The position numbers and the translations under genes were made by a program. Of a DNA stretch of 64,000 bases, positions 48,522 to 60,485 are shown piece by piece. Position 1 is the first letter of the stretch; each line of letters begins with the position of its first letter. Where the stretch lies: positions 5,580,001 through 5,644,000 of the forward strand of contig NW_024704758.1 of NCBI RefSeq assembly GCF_018977255.1, written 5' to 3'. Under the pieces are notes generated by a model, which was not told the origin of the DNA, made no database searches, and worked only from the letters and a program-made list of their open reading frames with translations. The stretch is from Callorhinchus milii. Lineage: Eukaryota.

Positions 48522-48872
48522 CTATGTAACATGTAGCTCTGTGCTCTTCTCTTCTTTTTCTAGGGTAATATAAACAGTCCAGGTGTATAGTCCTCTCTCT
48601 TCCAGCTATATATTTGACTGATAAAGGGAGGCATTTCCTTCCAATAATTAATGATCAAAAATTTTCACTCCAGGTCTTGTAACTGTATGATTCCCTTCAT
48701 TGAAATGTGTACAAGAATTTCTTTACTCCTGTTTGCCGAAAGTTCCACTTAACAGCTATAAAAGTGATGTCAAGTTCTGATTTATTGTAACTGGTCACTT
48801 TGCATTTCAGGAGAACATCTGTATTTGCCAAAACTTTCTTTGGGGAGGGAAATTTCTCAAAATCTAAAACAT
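48522..48872 (-). pseudogene. Dead copy of the gene B V exon
   Basis: Aligns with 57949-58299 ([16 protein letters not shown] shared). The acceptor AG has become AT, a frameshift gives a stop at 48697, and there is a further TAA in the original frame. The donor is retained. No leader or C1 exon found nearby. Confidence 0.85.
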
Positions 48873-48949
48873 ATTTATACAAATAAGATATTTCAAACAG
48901 AACATAAGTGGACATTAAACATCTTTCAACATCTTTCATGGGAGTCATA

Positions 48950-49375
48950 GGTGTTTAAAGAGGCACGATTTTAGGCAGGATTTAAAGAGAGAAAGAGAGG
49001 TGAGATGGAGTGGTAAGGGGAAGGAGATCCACAGTTTACGGGTATTGGAACTGGAAGCTCGATTACTGATGTGGATCCAGCCTAAGTTTGCTGAGCAGAG
49101 GAGGTGGGCAGAAGAGTAGGGTAGGAGATCAGAGCAATAAGGGAGTTTCACAGAGTGGATGGATTTGTAGGTGAGGATGAGAACCTTGAAATTGATCCAC
49201 TGTGAAATAGGGAGCCAGTGGAGACTGGCAAGGGCTGGGAAGGTGGGTGTGCGGAGTTTGGTGCAGGTGATGATGCAAACAGCACAGTTTTGGATGAGTT
49301 GCAGTTTGTGAATGGTGGAGCTAGGGAGACCAGTGAGGAGTGAGTTAGAAAACAGTGGGACAGTCAGATACAGTT
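48950..49375 (-). mobile_element. L2 LINE 3' fragment
   Basis: Translates [17 protein letters not shown]...LHWLPISQWINFKVLILTYK, the typical L2 ORF2 C-terminus. Confidence 0.8.
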
Positions 49376-50369
49376 TAAACTCTGGGAACAATAATATGCA
49401 GGATATACAAATATGCCTGAAAACATCACAGACAGATTAAGGTTGTAAAGTAAATAAATATTTATTGTAGTTTTGGAATGACAAGGCAAAGTTACAAGGG
49501 ATTTTACATTCACGGCAATATAAACTCATCAAACAGAAATTATACAACGAGCTTTGCTGGAAAGCAGCTTTCTCCAAACTGCCTTCCTAAACAAAATCAA
49601 TTTCAAGTCAAATTTGCCTGATTTCCAATCAGTGATCAAATGGTCAAAAAGGCCACTACAAAGAGTGTTACATGATGGCAGCAATCATGTTTGAAAAGTT
49701 AATTGACTTCCAATAAGTAAGATTTTAATCACTATAATTCATATATGCAGTATTACATTTTACATCCAAAATTGATTTTGTATATGCAAATATTATGGGC
49801 AGCATATTTCCTTGTTTCTTAACTTCCCATGAATTGTCTCAACCTGGTTTATTTGGTAGCATTCATGTGTCTGAATCAGAAGGTTGTAGGGTCAAGTTCC
49901 ATATTGGGACTTTGAGTTCATGGTGTCAGCGGACATGCCAGCATAGTGTGGGACCAGTGTTGCATAGACCATGATTGTGTTCTTTGGATGAGATGTTAAA
50001 CTGGGTTTCATCTGCCTGTTTAACTGTATGTTAAATAATAATCCTTGTATTTAATACAGTGCCTTGAGAAGTCTCAAACTGCTTCACATGATTTACTGTT
50101 GAGTGTAGCAACTGTGTATTTTGCAGGCAATTTAAAGATTCCATGCTACTATGCAAAGAGAGAAGGGAGTTGTTGCTAGTGTCTTGGGCAATAATCCTCT
50201 GGATAAAATTGGTCATTAATTTCATGGAATCTTTGTGGGGCATTGCTGTGTGAAAATTGACCACATTGTTCGCCTACAGAATATTCACTCACAAGTAAAA
50301 ATCTGTGCGCTTTGAGATGCAAAAATAGCAAATGCGGGGATTATTATTATTTTAATGTTAAGGAACAGA

Positions 50370-51200
50370 AATTATTTTCAGTCAAACAGGCAGAGGTTGG
50401 GAGGTGCCAGGATATGAGGGTATTTGTAGATAACTGTGAGGATCTTGAAGTCGATACATTCTGTGATAGGGAGTCAGTTGAGGCTGGAGAGGACTGGTGT
50501 GATGGGTGTACGGAGCTTAGTGCAGGTGAGTATACAAGCAGTGGAATTCTGAATTACAGTTGGATTGTATGGATAGTGGTAGTGGAAAGTAGTGGTAGGC
50601 GAGGAGTGCATTGGAATAATTCAGATGGGAGGTGATGAAAACATGGACAATGATCTCAGCTGTATTGGTTGTGAGGTATGTTTGGAGCGGGCAATGTGAT
50701 TGCGGTGGAGGAAAGCGGTACTAGTTAGGGATCGCATGTGGGATAGGAAGGACAGTTGGGGATGGAACCTGATAGGCTGGTGAGGTTGAGGAAGTCAGAG
50801 CCACAGGAGAAAAGATATTGATGGGAGCCAAGGAGTATGGCTTCCGTTTTGTCAACATTCAGCAGCAGGAAATTTGTGATCATTCGGGTACAATTGGTAA
50901 TGGTTGGGCTGTCAAAGTTCTGGGAATTGGGGTACTAATGAAACCAAGCAAGGATGGAAGTGATAGACTCGTGGAGAGGACTTGAGCTGCAGAGGGCAGG
51001 ATGGGCAATAAGTGAGAAGAGTTGAGTGATCATAGTGAGAAAGAGAGGAGGGGTATTTGGTAAGGAGTGCAGCTTGGGTCAGGGGCTGCAGCCAATACAT
51101 GCACACCAAAACTAGAAGCAAGGGATCAGTGGGGCATGCTCAGGCTCACTGCTGTTGGAGAGGACGAGGGGAGACAGATTGGGATGGGTGGGGGTGTGTG
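50370..51200 (-). mobile_element. Decayed L2-like LINE fragment
   Basis: Purine-rich plus strand with L2-like motifs; no intact ORF. Confidence 0.5.
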
Positions 51201-51665
51201 GTGAGAGTTGAATAGCGCAGGAAATAGTGCTCATAATATAACTGTATTCATTAATTTAGGCACAGGTTTAGATTAATAAAGTTCACCAAAAAGATTTGTG
51301 GTTTGTTGGATTTAATGAGGTAGTAACAGTAACCAGAAAAATAAAAAAAACAGCTTTTTACATAGGCTATGAAATGACTTCACACAACAACTTGTCTCCA
51401 GCCTGCATCATTCCTCTTCGTACCTAATCTGCTCAGGTTTGTTTTCACCTTCAAAGTTTAGTTCCTTCCTCAGTTCTTTCGTTGATCATTTTGTTCACAT
51501 TTAAGAAAATCTTAACTTTTTGTTGACATCAGTGCAAAGGCAACATTGGGTTTAATAAAATTAGGTGGGATTCAATGAAGCCATGGTGGGCAGTAATGTA
51601 AAAGGATGCCATGGAATCAGGGGTGGTGTACAATCAAGGAGGGATTCAGTAGATGACTTGGTAGA

Positions 51666-53179
51666 TTAAGGGAGAGATTCAATAAAAACAGCGCTAGGTG
51701 CAGTGGAAACAGAGTTTGAATCAATGGAACCACATTCAGGTTCAATGAAAACAGAACTGGGTTCAGTGGGAGTTGGTTTAGTATCAGTGGGAGATGGTTC
51801 AGTGGGTGTTGGCTTAGGGTCAGTTGGAGGTGGTTTGCATTCAGTGGAAGTTGGTTTAGGGTCAGTGGGAGATGGTTTAAGGTCAGTGCGAGATGGTTCA
51901 ATGGAAGTTTGTTTAAGATCAGTGGGAGGCAGTTTGCGTTTAGTGGGAGTTGGTTTTGTGTCAGTGAGAGTTGGTTTAGAGTCAGTGGGAGATGGTTCAG
52001 TGTCTGTGGGAGGTTGTTTAGGGTCAGTGGGAGGTGGTTTAGCATCAGTGGGAGGTGGTTTAGCATCAGTGGGAGGTGGCTTAGGGTCAGTGAGAGATGG
52101 TTTAGGGTCAGTGGGAGGTGGTTTAGGGTCAGTGGCAGATGGTTTAGTGTCTGTGGGAGGTGGTTTAGGGTCAGTGGGAGATGGTTTAAGGTCAGTGGGA
52201 GTTGGTTCAGTGGAAGTTTGTTTAAGGTCAGTGGGAGGTGGTTTAGCATCAGTGGGAGGTGGTTTAGGGTAAGTAGGAGGTGGTTTAGGGTCAGTGGGAG
52301 GTGGTTTAGGGTCAGTGGGAGTTGATTTAGGGTCAATGGGAGTTGGTTTAGGGTCAGTGGAAGGTGGTTTAGGGTCAGTGGGAGGTGGTTTAGTGTCAGT
52401 GGGAGGTGGTTTAGGGTCAGTGGGAGGTGATTCAGGGTCAGCGGGAGGTGGTTTAGGGGACGGGGGAGGTGGTTTAGGGTAAGTGGGAGGTGGTTTAGTG
52501 TCAGTGGGAGGTGATTCAGGGTCAGCGGGAGTTGGTTTAGGGTCAGTGGGAGTTGGTTTAGAGTCAGTGGGAGATGGTTCTGTGTCTGTGGGAGGTTGTT
52601 TAGGGTCAGTGGGAGGTGGTTTAGCATCAGTGGGAGGTGGTTTAGCGTCAGTGGGAGGTGGTTTAGGGTCAGTGAGAGATGGTTTAGGGTCAGTGGGAGG
52701 TGGTTTAGTATCAGTGGGAGGTGGTTTAGGGTCAGTGGGAGGTGGTTTAGCGTCAGTGGGAGGTGGTTTAGGGTCAGTGGGAGGTGGTTTAGTGTCAGTG
52801 GGAGGTGGTTTAGGGGAGGGGGGAGGTGGTTTAGGGTAAGTGGGAGGTGGTTCAGTGTTAGGGTAAGTATGAGATGGTTTAAGGTAAGTGGGAGGTGGTA
52901 TAGGGTATGTGGGAGTTGGTTTAGTGTTAGGGTAAGTATGAGATGGTTTAAGGTAAGTGGGAGGTGGTATAGGGTATGTGGGAGTTGGTTTAGTGTTAGG
53001 GTAAGTATGAGATGGTTTAAGGTAAGTGGGAGGTGGTATAGGGTATGTGGGAGTTGGTTTAGTGTTAGGGTAAGTATGAGATGGTTTAAGATAAGTGGGA
53101 GGTGGTATAGGGTAAGTGGGAGGTGGTTTAGGGTACGTGGGAGGTCGTTTGTATTCAGTTGAAGTTGGTTCAGTTGGTT
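51666..53179 (-). CDS. Gene B terminal exon: coding 21-bp minisatellite (KPPPTDP / KPPPTYP repeats)
   Basis: Strong acceptor tttttttttgcttcacttgttgtttcttttaattag|AA CCA. I checked the frame codon by codon and it is open to TAA at 51666-51668. It ends ...[15 protein letters not shown]. Confidence 0.78.
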
Positions 53180-56100
53180 CTAATTAAAAGAAACAACAAG
53201 TGAAGCAAAAAAAATTAATTTGTTTTAAAAATAACAAAAGTAATAATCATTTTACTATGCATTACCAATTCACAGGTTTTACTGTCCAACTGAGAATTAT
53301 GTTTAAATTTTCTAGTGATTTCAGAATAAATTCTATAACACTGGTAATGGAGGCTTTTAATTTCTATCAGGCAGAGCCTCACAGAAGGCTAACGTTTCTA
53401 ATCACAGTGGTCTTGCTTGTTTCTTGGGAAGGCAACCTTTTCCCTCAGCACTGTGCCGCTCATCACACTCCCGGTATGCAGGGTGGTTAGCTAGGTGGTG
53501 CAGGTAAGTTCATTCCAATGATATAACTGACATAGAGAATGCGACTTTATATAAGCGAGTGATGAAATAAAGGTGGCGGGGGGATCCTTTATTCACATTT
53601 TGTATGGGAAACTGCCGGTATATTGACAGCATGATGATATAGACATGTGATGATATAAGCCAGGGTCTTATTATCGGGAGTGCACTATAATATTTTTCAT
53701 GCTGCATTAAATAGTTTGCAATAATTACAGTTACCAAATCCATTCTGAGAGCAATTTTTACTTTTTCAAAAAATGTCTTTCCTGAAGTCTCAACTTGTCT
53801 GCCTCCTTATTGTCTGATTTGTTAAACAAAGGCCTTTTCGTTCACTCAACGATGGGAATATTTTATTCCAGTGGGTCTTGTAATCATCCAGGTGCACCAA
53901 TAAAAGACCATTGCAATGGTTAAAACTCAAGTCTCTGAGAACCTATTAGATGTGATATTGTACAGAAAGCCTAGTCTCAACAGTAGATCCACTGATCTAA
54001 CACTTATCCAAATATAGTAATTACCTTCTTCTTCACCCATCTCCTTAGATTTCTTTCCTTTTCTCAAAAATATGGTTTGTTCTTCAGTTTGAGCACCTGA
54101 TCCATTAGAAAGAACAACAATGGAAGTAAGGCAACAACAATGGATGGAAGATTTTTACAGAACAATCATGCATGAAAAGATGTCTAGTAACTTTGTGCTG
54201 GATGAATGGCAAGGTAATCTTCGCATTTAATACTAATTAGAAATATTTGAACATTAGTGCATTAATTTTACAGGATCTAGATTTTTTTCAATTGCAAAGA
54301 GTAGTGTTCATGTCAACTATGTTCCATTGCCTGGCATTGCAATATCACTTAAAATAAATACCAGATTTCAGGAGCACGTAAATGTAAATTTCACCTTTTT
54401 CGACACCATTCACATTAATAATAATCCTTGCATTTGATATAGTGCTTTTCATGTCTTCTAGATGTCTCAAAGCGCATCACAGAATATATTGTAAAGTGAA
54501 TTGACTGTATATTTTGTGGGCGAAAAGCGGCAGTCAATTGCGCACAGCAGTATCTCACAAACAGCCGTGGATGAGTGACCAAATTTTTATTGTTTTTTTT
54601 TTCCTTAAGGGATTATTATCAGGCATTTGGAGTAAGGAAACTGGCCTAAGGTTTCACCTTGCCAGGAATCGAACCCAGGTCTCTCGCTTGCAAGGTGAAT
54701 GCTCTATCCACTGAGCTACAGGACTCCACAGGACTTTGGAGATATCCCAAGTTGCTTGACAGTCCTGTCTTGCCACCCAAGCTGGCGGTGGTAGCAGAGG
54801 GGGATGAGGAGGAGGAAAATGATCAAAGGGGCATTCAGAGCAAGGTCTTGAGACAGGCGTTCAAAGATGGAGGGAAGGAACGAGTTGAAGGAACTCTGGG
54901 ATGGAGTTCCAGAGAGTGGGGGCAGCTAGACTGAAAGCTCGACTGCCGAAGGTGGGTAGGGGACATGAAGCAGGCGGGTGCTTGCTGAGGAAAGTGGACA
55001 GATGGATCAGGATGGTTGAGGAAGTCTCAGCGATAGGGTGGGGCAAGGCTGTGAAGGCATTTGAAGATGAGGATAGCCTTTCAGAGTTCTGGATAATCTT
55101 CAACTTGTGTAGGGAAGAGTTGGATAGTCTGGCAAGTAGAGTGTTGAAGTAGTCAACCCTGGATGTGATAAATTTATGGATTTCGGTCTCAGAGGCCCGA
55201 AGGGAGAAGCAGTGATGGAGATGGGCAATATTACTGAGAGAAAGCTGAGCGAGTCAACACATAGATGTGGGGTTTAAAGAACAGTTGGGAGTCGAACAAG
55301 AGCTTCACCTTCCTCTTTACTCTTACATAAGGAACACATTATGCCACAACTTTTACCCAATAACCAAATGCAGGGTGAATAGGAGTTAAGCCACCAATGA
55401 AATGGTTTCAGCTCCACATGAAGTATAAATGTAGTGATGAAATCATTCCTGACTCCTTCCCGAAACAGTCACTTCAAATTTCATATGAGATCCAAGTGTT
55501 TGCTCACCAATTTCAGTCTCGAAAGAAACATTTCAAAGAAAACCATTTAGGAGGAATATATAATTTTTAAATGATTATATAACATCTGCATTGTTTCTTC
55601 ATGAAAAATATCTTACCTTTAACTCTATAATTTTTCCACCAATAAATCCCAATGGCTGCACATATGGCACATAGCAGACCACCGATTACACCTCCAACTA
55701 TTGCTGGAATTGGGTCTGCAACAAGAAATGATGAAACATAGATGATTTGTGCCACGGCAATAAAAAAAAGTCAGAGGTTTTAACTATTCATCGTCATTAG
55801 TTACCTTCAAAAACCTGTTTCTGTATCACCTTTTCTCTCACTCTGGGCAACAAGAACCCTGGCTGACTGAATCCTTTCCCTACTGAGGTCAGTATCATTT
55901 TATTACAATAATATTAACCCAAAATTAATAAACACATACAAAATGTAGAACACTTTTATTTGTCCTGTATTTCCTTTATTTTTCCACATTCTTTCCCTGT
56001 CTCTGGCACCAAGCAGGGATTGAGGGAGAGTGGCTGTGAGAGGTGATTGTAGGCATGGTCAAAGAATAGGTTTACAGGAGTGTTTGAAAAGACAAAGAGG

Positions 56101-59100
56101 TGGAGGGATTTAGGGAGGGAATTCCAGAGGGATGGGTGGCTGAAGGCTGATCTGTGGATGGTGACTGGAAGAGCAGCTGAATGGATGAGTGGGTAGGAAA
56201 GTGAAGCTGTAGAACATCACACAGATATGGAGGGGTTTGTTGCTGAGAGTGAGGACCTTGAAGATGATCCATAGAGAGACAGAAAGTCAGTAAATCCTGG
56301 TGAGGATGGGAATGAAAAGCACGTGTGGGTAAAGAAGCAAATAGACAAATTTTGGATGAGCTTGTGAATTGTAGAGCTGGGTGAAGCTGGTGAGGAGAGC
56401 ATTAGAGAAATCCAATTTCGTAATGAAGGCACCTATGAAGGTTTTAGCCACATTGAATGTGGGATAGGGATAGAGCCAGACAAAGTGGCTGAGATGAGGA
56501 GGATAGAGTGGTCAACAATGTCAAAAACAGCAAAGAATGTTTAAGTTGGATGAGTGGCCCTTGGTCACAGACTAAATGTACATCATTTGTATCTTAAACG
56601 TGGGCTGTTTTGGTGCTATGAGTGGGATAGAAGACTACTTTATATTAGTACTTTATATTAGTGAGGGATGTAAAATCTATAAACAGGTTTAATTTCTTTA
56701 CACTCTCTCATTTATCCCTGGTTTAAGTGAGCACAAGCAGTGGTAACGTAAATCAAAACTTACAAGAGTAACATTGCATTGCTCTCAAAATACAGCTTAC
56801 CGTGATTTGATGTTACAAATGATATTTCTGCTGCAAAGTTATCAGGAAATGTTTCATACTTCACAACACATTTATATTTTACATTGTCATCGATTTCTTC
56901 ATCCCCTGACGATACAACATTCAATGTACTGGAAACACTGAAGGCCCCATCTTTGTTCCTAACAGGGGTTTCAGTTGAAGAATCATTTAAAACATGTTCT
57001 GTTTTTCCTTGTGATGTCTTGAACCAACTGATCTCAAGTTTCTCAGGATAAGATCTGATAACATCGCATCTGATTGACCTCGATGAATTCTTGTGACCAG
57101 CAGTGGATAAGATGATCTCTGGCTGATCTGTGGAGAAGAAAAACAGGTTATGCAAGATGAAAATGAGTTGGCAAAACTACATCAAACTGAATTTTACTGA
57201 TTTTTGCTCAAAGGGGCAATGAATAAACACAAGCCACCCCACTTTAGGAAATATGTCAAGGTAGTAGAAGGGATTGGGTGGGGGGGTTGCAGAGGAGATT
57301 TACTGGGATTATACTTGTAATGAATGGTTTGACCTATGAGACTGAAGGAACTGTGACTTTCTTTGTTGGAACGCAAAAGGTTGAGAGGTGACCTGATAGA
57401 GATCTTTAAAATAATGAGGGGTTTGATAGAGTAAACAATCGGGAGAAATTATATGCGCTGGTCAGTGAGTCAGTAACTAGAGAGCATCAATTTTAAGTTA
57501 GTTTGTAAATGAGCAAATGGGGAGGCTAGGAGAAATAATTTCATGCACAGAGTAGTTAAGATATGGAATGCCCTGATGGGTGCAGTGGCTGAGGCAAAAT
57601 CCACACTGTCCTTCAAGAGGGAACCAGAGAGATAGCCTACAAAGAGTCCACTACAGGGGGATGGAAAACGAGAGGTAAATGGGGCTGAAAGGATTGCTTT
57701 TGAAGGAGCAGGCACAACATGATGGGCCAATTGCTCTGTGCCATAAATTTCTATGGTTCTAAGTCCCAATAAAACCATCAGATACTGGAGTTACACAGAA
57801 TTATATGGTACGAAAACAAGTAGTCCATGTCGGACATATGCCAGACTAATGAGATTATTTTCTTTTTCACTGTCAACAGCCCTAAAACAATGAGTTTGAC
57901 CATTCTATGTAGAATTTCAGGCCATGAGATATGTTTTGACAGACTTACCTATCACAAGCAGCTCTCCGGTCACTTCTTCTTTTTCTGGGGTAATATAAAC
58001 AGTGCAGAAGTATACACCTCTCTCCTCCAGCTGTATGTTTGGTAGATAAAGCGAGGCATTTCCTTCCAATATTTCATCATCAAAGATTTTCGCTCCAGGT
58101 CTTGAAATTGCATGAGTCCCTCCGTTGAATGTGTATAGGTCTTTTTGTACTCCACTTGAATAAATCACTTTCCACTTAACAGCTACAAATTTGATGTCAA
58201 GGTCTGATTTATCATAATTAGTTGCTTTACATTTCAGGAGAACATCTGTATTTGCCAAAACTTTCTTTGGGGAGTGAAATATCTCCAAATCCAAGGCACC
58301 TTTATACAAATCAAATATTTCAAAGAGAACATTAGTGGGCATTAAACATCTTTCAAAGGTGCCATAGACATTTAAAAAGATAAGATTTCGCCCTCAAATT
58401 ACACAGTCAATTCACTTTACAGTATATTCTGTGAAGTGCTTTGAGACCTCTCAATGACGCGATAATGCACCATATCAAATGCAAGGATTGTTATTATTAT
58501 TTACTTCCTTTGCTCAGCAAACACTGGCCTGCTTCATGTATCCTGCCCTATCTGCCCTTTCAGCCATTCTGCCCATGACCTCTGGCACTCCCAATGTCCC
58601 TCCCTCTCACTCCCTGAAACTGTAGGGTGTAACTGAAGTGAAAGCTGAGATCCAATTAGAACATGAATAACCTTACACGATAGAACTCAACAACCAGGAT
58701 GACACTACATTCAGGTTCCTGACAATAACCCCTATGAATCCTACCTCAACTTTCTTTTCTTAAAAAAAACTACACATCACAAAATACTCCTCAATTCTAA
58801 GAATCAAACAATTTAGCAATAACACTTCAACTCCTGCCTGTATCCATTTATCGCCATGCATTAGAAAGGGGGAAAATGTAAACAAAAAAATGCTCTTTTT
58901 ACATTATTTACCTGATGAACAACTGAAAGACATGATGACTGCACACAAAGTTAAGATCTTCATCTCTAACTTAGTAAATCCAATATTCATTGCATTATCC
59001 AGGCTTTGGAGTCTTTTTCACTAAACCTCAAATCCATGTTCTGACCCATTCAGCTTTTCCCTAACTCCGCAACATTGCTCACCTCCACCGCCACCCTTGG

Positions 59101-60390
59101 GCGACCGAAAGCCTCATCTATACGTGTATCACGTCCAGGCTAGACTATGGCAACTCTCTGCTCACTCGACTTCCCAACTCTTCCCTCCACAAGCTGCAGA
59201 CCATCCAGAATTCTGCAGCTCATGTTCTCTCCTGCACCAGGCTTGTGAGCCTACAACAATAATAATAATCCTTGCATTTGGATTTGACATAGTGCCTTAT
59301 CAAGTCTTTGAGATGTCTCAAAGCGCTTCACAGAATATACTGTAAAGTGAAAGGCAAAATAAAGAGAATTCATTACTAATATGAATTGACTGTAATTTGT
59401 AGGTGAAATGCACCCAAGTGTCCCACAAACAGTTATGAATTGAGTGATCCAGTTTTTTAAAAAAGGATTACAAAACCATTTGCATTTGTATAGCACGTTT
59501 AACGCTGGGCAGAGTGCCAGAACCATAACCCCCGGAAAAGCGATCCGCCAACCGACTAACAAGGCGTGTGGGTTGGTCGGGTTTAAGAATATCACAAAGG
59601 TAAGGAGGGGCAAGACACTAGAGCGATTTCAAAGTGAGGACGAGGATCTTGAACTCAATCCTCTGGGGAATGGGGAGCCAGTGGAACCGGGAGAGAATAG
59701 AATCCTGTAGTTAGGGTTAGAGTTAGTGCATTCACCTCGCAAGTGAGAACACCCAGGTTTGATTACTGGACAGGCACAGTCTCCTTCCGCTCCAGAAAGG
59801 ACAAGTACATGAATAACTTTATAATATAAACTAACAAAAAGGTACATATAAGAAACAGGAATAATTTCTTGACAAATGAACTCTGTGCTTTCTATTCCAC
59901 CACGGATTTGCCATTGCAAATGTCTGTAGTTACCAGTTATAATGGTAACTTGAGAGATATTTGCAAAGAGTTAGCGAACAAACAAAGGTGAATACCAAGG
60001 TTACAGTTTGAAACAATAAGTTAGCGAATGGAAAACAAAACCATAAATGCTAACACTGGTAAATGTAATATTGTAGTTTGCTCTAAAGGCTTCTTACTAT
60101 TTTGTGGGTAAGTCGTTTACAATTCATAGCGACTTCCGTAGCTGCAACAGTAACTTTAGACATCTGCAAAAGTTAGCGATTGATTAATGAAAATAAAAGA
60201 TTTCTATTTAAAAAATATTATAAATAGCGAATGGAAAACGCAAGAGAGGCTGGAGTGAAGCTGTGCTGATCCTCCGCTCATTCCTTCAACCTACTAAGGA
60301 TTGCGGACGGGAAAGACATGGGGGTCAGTGATATTTACCTGATATTGAGATAAACGAGACAGCAACAGCACACAACACTAGAATCGCCAT
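51666..60390 (-). CDS. Gene B: SP-V-C1-TM receptor with a roughly 530-aa cytoplasmic tail dominated by Pro/Thr/Tyr repeats; about 804 aa
   Basis: Exons: 60339-60390, 57949-58299, 56801-57127, 55617-55715, 54025-54096, 51666-53179. Total 2415 nt = 805 codons, all phase-1 junctions. Confidence 0.8.
54025..54096 (-). CDS. Gene B first cytoplasmic exon
   Basis: ggatcag|GT GCT CAA...GAA G|gtaatt; [24 protein letters not shown]; 72 nt. Confidence 0.7.
54416..54727 (-). mobile_element. Young SINE, full length
   Basis: Same consensus. Confidence 0.86.
55617..55715 (-). CDS. Gene B transmembrane exon
   Basis: [34 protein letters not shown]|gtaaga; 99 nt. Confidence 0.88.
56801..57127 (-). CDS. Gene B extracellular C1 exon
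   Basis: [19 protein letters not shown]...[10 protein letters not shown]...YKCVV; donor gtaagc; 327 nt. Confidence 0.88.
57330..57760 (+). mobile_element. CR1-type LINE 3' fragment
   Basis: ggttgagaggtgacctgatagag...aagatatggaatgccctg...gatgggcc. Other CR1 3' ends at about 2230-2370(+), 7770-8035(-), 34790-35200(+), 38120-38510(-) and 42570-42830(-). Confidence 0.68.
57949..58299 (-). CDS. Gene B V-set exon
   Basis: VLLKCKA...VAVKWK...[23 protein letters not shown]; donor gtaagt; 351 nt. Confidence 0.9.
60339..60390 (-). CDS. Gene B signal-peptide exon
   Basis: [18 protein letters not shown]|gtaaat; 52 nt, phase 1. Confidence 0.82.
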
Positions 60391-60485
60391 GCTTCCCTCC
60401 ACAAAAGCAGGATTTTCTTAATAAAACAATTTGCCACAATTATCCCAGAGTGCTGACGATCAGCGTCTGTACCTGGAATTCACCC

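Noticed and set aside
51617-52627. 336-aa LNHLPLT-repeat ORF (and plus-strand GSVGGGL / RWFRVSG ORFs)
   Set aside because: These are alternative frames of the same minisatellite. All upstream exons end in phase 1, which selects the KPPPTD frame. The LNHLPLT frame would need a phase-0 junction. It also appears open, so RNA data are needed to exclude it fully.
2830-60390. Rearranging Ig/TCR/IgNAR locus, or MHC class I/II genes
   Set aside because: V exons are complete and end in splice donors. I saw no adjacent RSS or D/J segments, and no peptide-binding-domain exons.
60470-60485. NF-kB site next to the gene B ISRE (GGGTGAATTCC on minus)
   Set aside because: Deviates from the GGGRNWYYCC consensus and is not seen at the other three promoters
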